64,000 nucleotides of DNA from Candidatus Marinacidobacterium sp. (lineage in GTDB: Bacteria; Acidobacteriota; Vicinamibacteria; Marinacidobacterales; Marinacidobacteraceae), in the NCBI GenBank assembly GCA_965204755.1, contig OZ242011.1, positions 3,488,001-3,552,000 on the forward strand, written 5' to 3'. Numbering within the stretch: position 1 is the stretch's first letter; every line of letters starts with the position of its first letter. This document shows, piece by piece, positions 9,738-19,901 of the stretch. Below the pieces are notes generated by a model. That model was not told the origin of the DNA. It saw only the letters and a list, made by a program, of their open reading frames with translations, and did not search any database. A program made the position numbers and the translations under genes.

Positions 9738-11269
9738 GGCGCGCCGCCCCGCGCCGGGGAGGGGCCGGCCCGCGAATGCGCCATCGAGAGCGCCGACCGG
9801 ACGGCCTCCGCCTTGTTGACGCTCTCGTCGTATTCCGCTTCCGGCTCGGAGTCGGCGACCACCCCGCCGCCGGCCTGGAAGTAGCCCCTGCCGTCCTTGG
9901 CCACCAGCGTCCGGATGGCGATGGCGGTGTCCGAAGCCCCGCCGTAGGAGAAGTAGCCGACCGCGCCGCCGTACACCCCGCGCCGCTCGCTCTCCATCTC
10001 CTCGATGATCTCCATCGCCCGGATCTTGGGGGCGCCGGAGAGCGTGCCCGCCGGGAAGGTGGCGCGCAGGGCGTCGAAGGCGTCGAGTTCCGGCCGCAGC
10101 CGCCCGCGCACCCGCGAGACCAGGTGCATCACATGCGAGTACCGCTCGACGCTCATGAAGTCCTCGACCTCCACTTCGCCGAACCCGCAGACCCGGCCGA
10201 GGTCGTTCCGCGCCAGGTCCACCAGCATCAGGTGCTCCGCCCGCTCCTTCTCGTCGGCCAGCAGTTCGGAGGCGAGGGCGGCGTCTTCCTCTTCGCTCCG
10301 CCCCCGGCGGCGGGTCCCGGCGATGGGCCGGGTCTCCACCCTCCGCCCCCCGGTGCGGGTCATCATCTCCGGCGAAGCCCCGGCGACCGTGAAGGCGCCG
10401 AAATCCAGGTAGTACATGTAGGGGGAGGGGTTCACCACCCGCAGCGCGCGGTAGAAGTCGAAGGGGTGGACGGTCAACTCCGTCGAGAACCGCTGGGAGG
10501 GGACGACCTGGATCACATCCCCGGCGGCCAGGTAGTCCTTGCACCGCCGGACGATCTCCAGGTACTCCTCGCGGGTGGTGTTCGACGCCACCGGGGGCAG
10601 GGGCGGCGCCTCCCCGTCGGCCTCCGCCGGCGGGCGCGGGAGGGGGCGGGAGAGGTCGGCGACCACGCCGGAGATCCGCGCCACCGCTTCGTCGTACGCC
10701 GCGTCCGCCTCCTCCGGCGAGCGGATCCGGGCGTTGGCGATCACCTGGATCACATTGCGGGCGTGGTCGAACGCCAGCACCGTGTCCGTGAGCAGGAACA
10801 TCGAGTCCGGGAGGCCCAGCGGGTCGGCGACGGTCTCCGGCAGCCGCTCGAACCGGCGGACGGCGTCGTAGGCCAGGTAGCCGACGAGGCCGCCGTGGAA
10901 CGGCGGGAGCCCGTCCCCGGGCGCCGGGACGAGTCCGGCGAGTTCCTCCCGGAGCGCCTCCAGCGGGTCGGCGCGTTCGAAGGTCTCGGTTCGGCCGTCG
11001 TCGTACCGGCGGCGGGTCACCCGGTCGCCCCGGCTCGACAGGCTCAGCAGCGGCTTCCCGCCGAGGAAGGAGTAGCGCGCCACGCTCTCGCCGCCTTCCA
11101 CCGACTCCATCAGGAACGCCGGGCCGGAGTCGGCGCCGGCGCCCGGCCGGCAGACGCGCAGGAAGGTCGAGACCGGGGTGTCGAGGTCCGCCAGGATCTC
11201 CCGGCGCACCGGGATCAGGTTCGCCTGCCCGGCGAGGGCCCGGAACTCGGAGCGCGAAGGGGAATGCAA
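9734..11269 (-). CDS. trpE: Anthranilate synthase component I
   Basis: ADLDTPVS, LMESVEGGE..ARYSF, NPSPYM, EKERAEHLMLVDLARND and PAGTLSGAPKIRAM motifs. Confidence 0.95.
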
Positions 11270-11358
11270 CCGGGGCCGGGGGGCGGAAGGCGGGGCAGTC
11301 TATCGGGCGGGCGGGGCGGTTCGGCGCCGCGCGCGGGAGGCGCTAGGCTCGCGCCGCG

Positions 11359-12492
11359 GTGGGAGAGAAGCAGCGGACGCTCCCCGACCTGCGGCGGGAA
11401 CTCGCCCGGGCGGACGAGGAGATCCTCGACGCCTGGGCCCGGCGGGAGGAGATCACCGGCGCCGTCGGCCGGCTGAAAGAAGCGGCGGACGCGCCGATCC
11501 ACGACGCCCGCCAGGAGGAGCGGGTGGTCGAGCGGGCGCGGGCCGGCGCCCGCCGGCGGAACCTGCCCGAAGGGCTGGCGGCGGAGTTGGCGCGGCTCGT
11601 CATGCGGTCGTCGCTGGCCCGGCAGGAACAGGCGCGGCTCCGGGCCCGGCGGCAGGGCGCGGGGCGGAAGGCGCTGGTCATCGGCGGCGCCGGGCGGATG
11701 GGGCGGTGGTTCGCCGCCTTCCTCGGCGAGCAGGGGTTCCGGGTGGCCGTCGCGGATCCGGGGATCGGCGACGGAGCGGACGGCGAACGGGACGGCGAAC
11801 GGGATGGGGAGGGCCGGTTCCGCGACTGGACGGAGGCCCCGGACGACTTCGACCTCACCGTGGTCGCGGCGCCGCTCCCGGTGACCGCCGACCTCCTGCC
11901 GGAGATCGCCGCCGCCGGCCGGCGGGGCCTGGTCTTCGACATCGGCTCGGTGAAGACCCCGCTCCGGCCCGGGCTCGAGGAGATGGCGCGGCGGGGCGTC
12001 TCGGCGGCCTCCGTCCACCCGATGTTCGGCCCGGACACCCTGGCCCTCCACCGGCGGCATGTGCTCGTGATGGAGGCGGGCAGCCCCGCCGCCGCCGACG
12101 CCGCCGCCGAACTCTTCTCCGGGACGATGGCCGAGGTGCTGCGCCTGCCGCTCGACGCCCACGACCCGCTGATCGCCTATGTGCTCGGCCTCTCCCACGC
12201 CGCGAACCTGGCGTTCCTCACCGCCGTCCGGGAGAGCGGCGAACACGCCCCCCGGCTGGCGCGGCTCTCGAGCGTCACCTTCGACCGCCAGATGGCCACG
12301 GCGGCGGCGGTCGCGCGGGAGAACCCCCGCCTCTACTTCGAGATCCAGCGCTCCAACCCGCACGGCGACGGGGCGCTCCGCAGTCTGGCGGCGGCGGTGC
12401 GCCGCCTCGCCGACCTCGTCCGCGCCGGCGACGAGGAGGCCTTCGTCTCCCTGATGCGGGAGGGCCGCGACTACCTGACCGCCCGGTCCTGA
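11359..12492 (+). CDS. tyrA: Bifunctional chorismate mutase / prephenate dehydrogenase
   Basis: N-terminal AroQ-like helical domain, then IGGAGRMG, DIGSVK, HPMFGP and HD..IAYVLGLSH. Confidence 0.93.
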   Translation: MGEKQRTLPDLRRELARADEEILDAWARREEITGAVGRLKEAADAPIHDARQEERVVERARAGARRRNLPEGLAAELARLVMRSSLARQEQARLRARRQGAGRKALVIGGAGRMGRWFAAFLGEQGFRVAVADPGIGDGADGERDGERDGEGRFRDWTEAPDDFDLTVVAAPLPVTADLLPEIAAAGRRGLVFDIGSVKTPLRPGLEEMARRGVSAASVHPMFGPDTLALHRRHVLVMEAGSPAAADAAAELFSGTMAEVLRLPLDAHDPLIAYVLGLSHAANLAFLTAVRESGEHAPRLARLSSVTFDRQMATAAAVARENPRLYFEIQRSNPHGDGALRSLAAAVRRLADLVRAGDEEAFVSLMREGRDYLTARS

Positions 12493-12509
12493 CCGCCGGG
12501 GAAGCCTCC

Positions 12510-13949
12510 CTACCGCCCGCCCCCGGCGGGTTCGAGGAGGTCCCGGAGCGCCCCCACCGCGCGCGCCGCTTCCGCGCCGGAAGCGAAGTCCCGGGGCCGG
12601 AACCGGTCGCCGCTGGTCCGCAGCAGGCCGAGGTCCACCGCGACGGCGGCGGCCTCGCGGCTCCGGTGCATCTCCGGCAGGTCGGCGAACCGCCGCTCAT
12701 CGACCCGCCGCCGGGCGGCGCGGAACCCGGGGCGGTCGTTCGCCGCGAACGCCGCGGCGAGCGCTTCCGCGAGCGTCGCCCGGTTCACGAACGCCAGCGG
12801 CTTGAAGGTGTGGTCGGGGAACAGCGTCAGGTAGCCGGCGCCCACCGCGCTGCGGATCAGGTCGGCCGCCCAACTCCGGTCGAGGTCGATGGCGATGACC
12901 GGCGCCCCCGGCCGGCCGGCGTCCTCCGGCGCCCCGAGTTCCGCCGCGAGCAGCGCCGCCAACTGCTCGCGGGTCACCCGCTCCGACTCCCGGATGCGCG
13001 CGTACTCGCCGGGCAGCCGCGCGGCGCGGAGACGCGGCGCCAGGGCCTCCACGCGCTCCGCGAGGCCCGGGGTCCGCGCGAGCGCCCGCGCGAGCGCCGG
13101 CTGCCCCCGCATCCGCTCCAGCCGGTCGAGGGCGGCCTCGGGGTCCCCCGCGTCCGCGAGCAGTTCCGCCGCGGTGACGCCGGCGGTGACGACCTGCCGC
13201 TCGGTGGCCTCGCCGCTGTCCGCCACCGCCTCGTAGAGCCGGGCGGCGGCCTCCGCCTCGCCGGCGGCGAGCGAGGCCTCCGCCGCCTCCATCCGGAGGT
13301 CGTCGGAGGGAAGCGCCTCGATCGCGGCGGCGTAGGCGGAAGCCACTTCCGGGTTCGCCGGATCGCTCCGGGCGAGGCCGCGCGCGGCGGCGAGCCGCCG
13401 TTCCGCCGTCTCCAGGGTCAGCGCCGGCAACCGCTCGACCGCCGCCGGCGCTTCCGGCTCGAGGTCCGCGAGCCGCCGGAGCCGGCGGAAGGCGCCGTCC
13501 TCGTCCCCGAGCGCCACCGCGGCGAGGTACTGCCCGAGCGCCGCGAACGCCGAATCCGGGGCCTGCTCGGCCGCCGCCCGGAAGTGGACTTCGGCGGGGT
13601 CCGGCCGCCCGGCCCGGAGCGCGAAGAACCCCGCCGCGCCGCGGACGCCGGGATCGTCCCCGAAGTCTTCGACGAGCCCGGAGAGGACCGCGTCCGCCTC
13701 CGCCAGCCGCCCTTCGAGCACGGCGGCCCAGGCGCCCGCGAGTTCCGCCTCCCGCCCGCCGAGCGCGCCGCCGGGCTCGGGGGAGCGCGCCGCCGCGAAT
13801 TCCCACCCGTCCACCGGCGCCGCCGGAATGTCCGGCAGCGGCCGCGCGGCGCACCCGGAGAGGAGCGCCGCCCCGAGCGAGACGGCGGCGAGCGCGCCGG
13901 AGCGGGCGCCCCGGCAGCGATCGGCAAGGCCCCCGCCGGCAGTCGGCAC
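12510..13949 (-). CDS. Lipoprotein with TPR-like helical repeats and C-terminal S-layer homology (SLH) domains
   Basis: Lipobox-like LLSGC; Ala-rich helical repeats; SLH-like motifs WAADLI..AV.AGY...FPDHTFKP...VNRA and FADLP..H....A....V..GL......FRP. Confidence 0.75.
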   Translation of the reverse strand: MPTAGGGLADRCRGARSGALAAVSLGAALLSGCAARPLPDIPAAPVDGWEFAAARSPEPGGALGGREAELAGAWAAVLEGRLAEADAVLSGLVEDFGDDPGVRGAAGFFALRAGRPDPAEVHFRAAAEQAPDSAFAALGQYLAAVALGDEDGAFRRLRRLADLEPEAPAAVERLPALTLETAERRLAAARGLARSDPANPEVASAYAAAIEALPSDDLRMEAAEASLAAGEAEAAARLYEAVADSGEATERQVVTAGVTAAELLADAGDPEAALDRLERMRGQPALARALARTPGLAERVEALAPRLRAARLPGEYARIRESERVTREQLAALLAAELGAPEDAGRPGAPVIAIDLDRSWAADLIRSAVGAGYLTLFPDHTFKPLAFVNRATLAEALAAAFAANDRPGFRAARRRVDERRFADLPEMHRSREAAAVAVDLGLLRTSGDRFRPRDFASGAEAARAVGALRDLLEPAGGGR

Positions 13950-14025
13950 GCGACCGATTCTATTCCCGCCCCCGCGGGCCGGACGCCGTTCCGCGGGCCG
14001 CCGGGGACGCTTCTAGAATCCGGCC

Positions 14026-14934
14026 ATGCGCAGCCTCCGTGTCCCCCTCTTCGCCGTCCTCCTCTCCGCGGTGATCTTCGCCTCCGCCGCCGGGCGCTCG
14101 CAGGAAGAGCCCGGCGCCGAACGGCGGATCCTCGAACATGTCTCGAGCATCCTGGCGCCGGGCGAGCGCCTGCTGCTCTCCGCGCTGGTCGAGGAGTTCA
14201 CCGCGCCGGACGAGCAGCGGGCGCTCGACCGCCTGAACGATGTGTTCTTCCGGACGCCGCTCTTCCTCCTCGAGTTCGAAGGGCGCGAAGGCCGCCTCCC
14301 CACGCTGGCCGAAATCTCCGACCAGTTCTCGCTCTACGGCGAGGAAGCCGCCGCGATCGTCCTCCGGGTGATGGAGGCCGACCCCCGCGTGCCGAAGTTC
14401 CTCCGGCGCGGCGACGACGGCGAACTCGCGTCGATCGACCGGGACTTGGTGATGGAGGACGAGCGGTTCGCGCGGGCGGTGAGCCGGAGCCTCACCGGCT
14501 GGGAGGGGCGAAGCCTCCCGCCCCTCGCCGGGGAAGACCTCGCCGGAGGGTCGGCCGCGCTCGCCGACCTGATGGACGACGCGACGCTGGTCTATGTCTG
14601 GTTCACCGAATGCCCGCCCTGCGTGCAGATCGCGCCGGTGCTCCAGTCCCTCCACGAGGACCTCGGCGCCGAAGGGCTCACCATCGTCGGCCTGAACGCC
14701 GACCGCGTCCTCAAGTTGCCCTACACCGACGAGCAGCGCCTCGAGCACATGGCGAAGGGCGGGGTCACCTTCACGAACCTCCACCTCACCGAGGAGACCC
14801 GCGCGGCCCTCGGCAATGTGAACATCTTCCCGACCCTGTTCCTCGCCTCCAGGGACGGCACGATCGTCCGCCACTTCGTGAACTTCCAACCCCGCGAAGC
14901 GATGGAACCCGCCATCCGCGAACTTCTGGAATAG
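14026..14934 (+). CDS. Exported TlpA/ResA-family thiol-disulfide oxidoreductase with N-terminal extension
   Basis: Signal peptide; VWFTECPPC CxxC motif; FPTLFL...DG.I cis-Pro loop. Confidence 0.85.
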   Translation: MRSLRVPLFAVLLSAVIFASAAGRSQEEPGAERRILEHVSSILAPGERLLLSALVEEFTAPDEQRALDRLNDVFFRTPLFLLEFEGREGRLPTLAEISDQFSLYGEEAAAIVLRVMEADPRVPKFLRRGDDGELASIDRDLVMEDERFARAVSRSLTGWEGRSLPPLAGEDLAGGSAALADLMDDATLVYVWFTECPPCVQIAPVLQSLHEDLGAEGLTIVGLNADRVLKLPYTDEQRLEHMAKGGVTFTNLHLTEETRAALGNVNIFPTLFLASRDGTIVRHFVNFQPREAMEPAIRELLE

Positions 14935-15016
14935 CCCTCCGGCCCCGGCCAGCCGTCCCCGCCGACCGGCGCCGGCGGTGTTGGCGAATCCACCCACCTC
15001 CCTCGCTCGAGGAGGC

Positions 15017-15057
15017 CGACCGGCATGAGCAAGATCATCGGTATCGATCCGGGCACG
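15017..15057 (+). pseudogene. Duplicated 5' end of dnaK
   Basis: 39/41 nt identical to 16243-16283 (encodes [10 protein letters not shown]), then unrelated sequence. Confidence 0.85.
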
Positions 15058-15289
15058 GCCCGTCGCAGGGCGGACGAAGCAGAACTCGCCGCGCTCCGGG
15101 CGGCGGTGCGCGCGCCGGTGCCGTTCCCGTCTGCCTCGTCCTGCGGCGCGCCGGTAGCGGACGACGGGGAGCGTTAGCAACCTACCCGCACACGGGGAGC
15201 ACGGGGCGCCTTGAAGGAGCGCCGCAGAACGGCGGAGAGCGTCGCAGAGAGCGCCGGAGCGCCGCCCGGCGCTACGCTTCGCACCGCTC

Positions 15290-15688
15290 ATGATCGCTCC
15301 GGCTCTCTTCTTCGGGCTGCTCTCGGTAGTCACGGTTGCGCAACCTTCCGCCGGAGCAACCGCGCCGCTTACTCCTCAGCGTCAGACCGGGGGCGGGGCA
15401 TGTGCAGCCGAGTACACCTATCTGGCCCACAAGGCGGAGTGGGCTATCTGTTTTCCGGGCGACGACTGCCGCGACCCAGGCTATCTATGGGTCCCTCTGT
15501 CGGATGCGATCGCGTTCGCTGGCGTGTTCTCCGTCGTCGCCGACCAACTTGATGCGGCTGGGCTCACCATCCCGAAACTCGAGGCAGTGGAGCAAGCGCT
15601 CATGGTCGCCCTCCGACTCGCTGATAACCCTGAAGGAAACCACCTAACCGGCGCTGAACTCTGCGAAGCGTTCCCGAACCTCCGCTAA
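15290..15688 (+). CDS. Small hypothetical exported protein, 4 Cys
   Basis: 132 aa with a signal-peptide-like N-terminus. Visibly lower GC and more A/T-ending codons than the flanks, with natural-looking amino-acid composition. Confidence 0.6.
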   Translation: MIAPALFFGLLSVVTVAQPSAGATAPLTPQRQTGGGACAAEYTYLAHKAEWAICFPGDDCRDPGYLWVPLSDAIAFAGVFSVVADQLDAAGLTIPKLEAVEQALMVALRLADNPEGNHLTGAELCEAFPNLR

Positions 15689-15900
15689 CTTGGGGTCGCC
15701 AGGTCGCCGGAGAGCACCCGAAACGGCGCGCCCGGTGAGCGTCGCCACCGGGGAGCGCCGCCGGCGGTCCTGATCCGGCGGCGGCGGGAGCACCGAACCG
15801 AGGCGCCGGCGGACGATCCGGGGAGATACCGCCGGGCGGTGCCTACTTGGACGACGGCCGGACGCCGGGAGAACACCGGCGGCGGACGGTCCGCCGCCCT

Positions 15901-16015
15901 GATCCGGGCGACGGTGCCTCGGTGAGCGCGATCACGATCACCGCGTCCGGCAACCTCGGCAGGGAAGAGATCGAGTCCATGAAGGCGGCCCTTGCCGACG
16001 ACGGGAAGGCCGACA
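15901..16015 (+). pseudogene. Diverged internal dnaK fragment (substrate-binding/lid region)
   Basis: Encodes [20 protein letters not shown] versus [20 protein letters not shown] in intact dnaK (~17700-17812). Confidence 0.85.
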
Positions 16016-16101
16016 GAACCGGCAGAAGACGCCGGTAGGGCTCGCCCCTCCGGCGGCCCGAGACGCGCCATTTCCTCCCGGCGGCCATGTTGCCCGGAGT
16101 G

Positions 16102-16130
16102 TTGACAAAACTTCACTCACATCTTATAAT
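16102..16130 (+). promoter_or_regulatory. Consensus sigma70 promoter of the dnaK operon, overlapped by a HAIR-like operator
   Basis: TTGACA (16102-16107), 17-bp spacer, TATAAT (16125-16130). GTTGACA-N7-ACTCACA at 16101-16121 partially matches the HspR HAIR motif CTTGAGT-N7-ACTCAAG. Confidence 0.88.
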
Positions 16131-16250
16131 CCCGTCCAACTAAGGCCCGACGCCGGGCCTCCGCCGCCGGGAAGGCGGCGCGGGATCAAGCGGGCCGCCT
16201 CCGGGCGGCCGGAGTTTCGGGATTCGCCCCGGGAGTTTCCAACGACAGGC

Positions 16251-18176
16251 ATGAGCAAGATCATCGGTATCGATCTGGGCACGACGAACTCGGTCGTCGC
16301 CGTGATGGAGGGCGACCAGCCGACCATCATCCCGAACGCCGAGGGCGGCCGCACCACCGCTTCGGTGGTCGGGATGTCCAAGACGAACGAGCGGTTGGTC
16401 GGGGAAGTCGCCAAACGGCAGGCGATCACGAACCCGAAGAACACCGTCTCTTCGATCAAGCGGTTCATGGGCCGCCGCTTCGACGAGGCCGCCGACGAAC
16501 GGGGCCTGGTCTCCTACGAAGTCGCGAAGAAGTCGGACGGCGGGATCGAAGTGGGGCTCGGGGACGGCAAGAAGTACAGCCCGCCCGAAGTCTCCGCGAT
16601 GGTGCTCCAGAAGATGAAGTCCTCCGCCGAGTCCTACCTCGGGGAGGGCGTCTCCCGCGCGGTGATCACCGTGCCGGCTTACTTCAACGACTCGCAGCGG
16701 CAGGCCACCAAGGACGCCGGGGAGATCGCCGGGCTCGAAGTGGTGCGGATCGTGAACGAGCCGACCGCCGCCGCGCTCGCCTACGGCCTCGACAAGAAGG
16801 AGAGCGAGAAGATCGCGGTGTACGACTTCGGCGGCGGCACCTTCGACATCTCCATCCTCGAAGTCGGCGACGGCGTGGTCGAAGTCCGCTCCACGAACGG
16901 CGACACCAAACTGGGCGGGGACGACCTCGACCAGGAGGTCATGGACTGGATCGTCGCGGAGTTCCGGAAGTCCGACGGCATCGACCTCGGCGCCGACCCG
17001 ATGGCCCGCCAGCGGCTCAAGGACGCCGCCGAGAAGGCCAAGATCGAACTCTCCACCACCCACGAGACCGAGATCAACCTCCCGTTCATCACCGCCGACG
17101 CCTCCGGGCCGAAGCACCTGTCGCTGACCCTCTCCCGGGCGCGGCTCGAGTCCTTCATCGGGCCGCTGCTGGAGCGGACCGAAAGGCCCTGCCGGCAGGC
17201 GCTCGAAGACGCCGGCCTCTCCGACGCCGGCGTGGACGAAGTGGTGCTCGTCGGCGGCACCACCCGCATCCCGAAGGTGCGGGAGATCGCCGGGGAGATC
17301 TTCGGCAAGGCCCCCCACCAGGGCGTGAACCCGGACGAAGTCGTGGCGCTCGGCGCCGCGATCCAGGCCGGCGTCCTCAGCGGGGATGTCAAGGACCTCC
17401 TGCTGCTCGATGTGACGCCGCTCTCGCTCGGCATCGAGACGCTCGGCGGCGTCTTCACCCGGCTCATCGAGCGGAACACCACGATCCCGCACCGGAAGAG
17501 CGACAACTTCTCCACCGCCTCGGACAACCAGACCCAGGTCGAAGTCCATGTGCTGCAGGGCGAGCGCTCGATGGCCTCCGACAACCGGACGCTCGGCAAG
17601 TTCAACCTGGTCGGCATCCCGCCGGCGCCGCGCGGCGTTCCCCAGATCGAAGTCGCCTTCGACATCGACGCGAACGGCATCGTGAATGTCTCCGCCAAGG
17701 ACCGGGCGACCGGCAAGGAGCAGGCGATCACGATCACGGCGTCGAGCGGCCTCAGCAAGGAGGAGATCGAGTCCATGAAGGCGGACGCCTCCGCCAACGA
17801 GGACGCCGACAAGCAGCGCCGCGAGGAAGTGGAGTTCCGGAACGAGGTGGACGCGCTGACCCACAATGTGGAGAAGATGCTCGCCGACAGCCGGGACGAC
17901 CTCGACGCCTCCGACGCCTCCGACGCGGAGAAGGCCGTCGCCGAGGCCCGGTCGGCGCTCGCCGACGGGGACATGGACCGGATCCGGACCGCCCGGGAGG
18001 GCGTGGAGAAGGCCAGCCACCGCCTCGCGGAAGTCCTCTACAAGAAGACTTCCGACGCCAAGGCCCAGCCGCCTCCGCCCCCCCCGCCGCCGCCGGGTTC
18101 GGGCAAGCAGCGCCGGGGCAACGGCGCCGCCGCCTCCGACGACATCATCGACGCCGAGGTGGTCGGCGACAACTGA
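16251..18176 (+). CDS. dnaK: Chaperone DnaK (Hsp70)
   Basis: [27 protein letters not shown] and NPDEVVA motifs; full length 641 aa. Confidence 0.99.
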   Translation: MSKIIGIDLGTTNSVVAVMEGDQPTIIPNAEGGRTTASVVGMSKTNERLVGEVAKRQAITNPKNTVSSIKRFMGRRFDEAADERGLVSYEVAKKSDGGIEVGLGDGKKYSPPEVSAMVLQKMKSSAESYLGEGVSRAVITVPAYFNDSQRQATKDAGEIAGLEVVRIVNEPTAAALAYGLDKKESEKIAVYDFGGGTFDISILEVGDGVVEVRSTNGDTKLGGDDLDQEVMDWIVAEFRKSDGIDLGADPMARQRLKDAAEKAKIELSTTHETEINLPFITADASGPKHLSLTLSRARLESFIGPLLERTERPCRQALEDAGLSDAGVDEVVLVGGTTRIPKVREIAGEIFGKAPHQGVNPDEVVALGAAIQAGVLSGDVKDLLLLDVTPLSLGIETLGGVFTRLIERNTTIPHRKSDNFSTASDNQTQVEVHVLQGERSMASDNRTLGKFNLVGIPPAPRGVPQIEVAFDIDANGIVNVSAKDRATGKEQAITITASSGLSKEEIESMKADASANEDADKQRREEVEFRNEVDALTHNVEKMLADSRDDLDASDASDAEKAVAEARSALADGDMDRIRTAREGVEKASHRLAEVLYKKTSDAKAQPPPPPPPPPGSGKQRRGNGAAASDDIIDAEVVGDN

Positions 18177-18222
18177 CGCCCTGGGATTCGCCGGCGGAGA
18201 AGCGGCTCAGGGGACACCACCC

Positions 18223-19380
18223 ATGCCGGCGGGAGCGGACCTCTACGCGGTGCTCGGCGTCGAACGGGGCGCCGACGCCGTCCGCATCCGCCAGGCGTAC
18301 CGGCGTCTCGCGCGCCGGCTCCATCCCGATGTGAACCCGGACGACCGGGTGGTCGGGGAGCGATTCCGCCAGGTGCGGCTGGCGTTCGAGGTGCTGACCG
18401 ACCCCGAGCGCCGGGCCGACTACGACCGGCGGGGCGGGGTGGAGCCGCCCGGGGCGGACCCGGACGCGGCCCGCTACGGCTTCGCCGGGTTCGACTTCGG
18501 CGAGGCCCCGGAGCGGCGCGAAGGGACGCTCCACGAGATCTTCGGGCGGGGCGGCGAGGGCGCCGGAGCGGCCGGCCCCGGCGGCGGCGAGGAGTCGGAG
18601 GGCCGGGCGGACCTCCACGCCCGCGTCCGGCTCGGCTTCGTCGAGTCGCTCGAAGGGAAGCAGGTCCGCTTCCGGGTCATGCGCCGGGAGGCCTGCTCCT
18701 CCTGCGGCGGCGCGGGCGAGCGGCCGGCGGGCGAGGGCGTGGACTGCGCCGCCTGTTCCGGGACCGGGCGGCGCGTCCGGCGCTCCGGCGCCATGGTCTT
18801 CTCCCGCCCCTGCGAGCGCTGCGGGGGGCAGGGCGCCCGGTTCCGGAAGCCCTGCGCCGACTGCGCCGGGCGCGGCGCCCGGAGCCGGGCGGCGCGGGAA
18901 GTGGCCCGCGTTCCCGCCGGGGTCGCCGACGGCGCCACCGTCCTGCTCGAAGGGAAGGGGCACGAGCGCGCGGGGGGCCTCCCGCCGGGCGACCTCCACC
19001 TCCATGTGGAAGTGGCGCCCCACCCGGTGCTCGAACGCCGCGGCGACAACCTGGTCTGCCCGCTGCCGCTCACCCTCGCGGAAGCGGCGCTCGGCGGCCG
19101 GATCGAGGTGCCGACCCTCGACGGCGCGGTCACCGTCCGGCTGCCTCCCGGCATCCAGCCCGGCGCCCGCCTGCGGCTCGCCGGCCGGGGCGTCCGCTCC
19201 ACCCGGGGCGACGCCCGCGGCGACCTGTTCCTCGAAGTGCAGGTGCATGTCCCGGAGGTCCGGGACAGCCGCTCCCGGGAACTCCTGCGGGAGATCTCCG
19301 AGCGGTACCCGGAGTCCCCCCGGAGCGGGCTCCGGGAGAGCCTCGGCCCGGCGGCCGGGGGGCGCGGGGCGGGCGCATGA
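18223..19380 (+). CDS. dnaJ: Co-chaperone DnaJ
   Basis: J domain with HPD, four CxxCxGxG repeats and a C-terminal domain. ATG at 18223. Confidence 0.95.
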   Translation: MPAGADLYAVLGVERGADAVRIRQAYRRLARRLHPDVNPDDRVVGERFRQVRLAFEVLTDPERRADYDRRGGVEPPGADPDAARYGFAGFDFGEAPERREGTLHEIFGRGGEGAGAAGPGGGEESEGRADLHARVRLGFVESLEGKQVRFRVMRREACSSCGGAGERPAGEGVDCAACSGTGRRVRRSGAMVFSRPCERCGGQGARFRKPCADCAGRGARSRAAREVARVPAGVADGATVLLEGKGHERAGGLPPGDLHLHVEVAPHPVLERRGDNLVCPLPLTLAEAALGGRIEVPTLDGAVTVRLPPGIQPGARLRLAGRGVRSTRGDARGDLFLEVQVHVPEVRDSRSRELLREISERYPESPRSGLRESLGPAAGGRGAGA

Positions 19381-19901
19381 GCGCCGAACGCCGCAAGGGC
19401 GTCTACATGATCAGCGCGGTGGCGGAGTTGTTCGACATCCACCCGCAGACGCTCCGGCTCTACGAGCGCGAAGGCCTGCTGCGCCCCTCCCGGACGGAGG
19501 GGAACACCCGCCTCTACACCGACGAGGACCTGAAGCAGTTGCGGACGATCCTGAACCTCCGCGAACTGGGGGTGAACCTCGCCGGGGTGGACATCATCCT
19601 GGACATGCGCCGGAAGATGCAGCGGATGCAGGAGGAGATCGCCGCCTTCACCCAGTTCATCCACCGGGAGTTGCAGCGCGAGGCGGACACGCTCAGTGAG
19701 CGGACGAAGAACGCGCTGGTCCGGCTGCCCCGCCGGGCCCTGGTGCCGGCCAAGGGATTCGGAGGCGGCGGCTCGGCGTCCCCGGGCGGGGACGACGACC
19801 CGGTCGGTGGCGAATCGGCCGGCGGCGAACGGGCCGGCGGCGAACGGGCCGGCGGCGAACGGGCCGGCGGCGAACCGGCCGGCCCCGATGGCGAGTCCTG
19901 A
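19377..19901 (+). CDS. hspR: MerR-family heat-shock repressor HspR
   Basis: YMISAVAELFDIHPQTLRLYEREGLLRPSRTEGNTRLY...LGVNLAGV; directly after dnaJ with an ATGA overlap. Confidence 0.92.
   Translation: MSAERRKGVYMISAVAELFDIHPQTLRLYEREGLLRPSRTEGNTRLYTDEDLKQLRTILNLRELGVNLAGVDIILDMRRKMQRMQEEIAAFTQFIHRELQREADTLSERTKNALVRLPRRALVPAKGFGGGGSASPGGDDDPVGGESAGGERAGGERAGGERAGGEPAGPDGES

Noticed and set aside
11178-15293. 1371-aa plus-strand ORF and similar long Arg/Pro/Gly-rich ORFs (2342..4603, 28232..31645, 61590..63617)
   Set aside because: They overlap well-supported genes and have no recognisable motifs, as expected from stop-codon scarcity at high GC.
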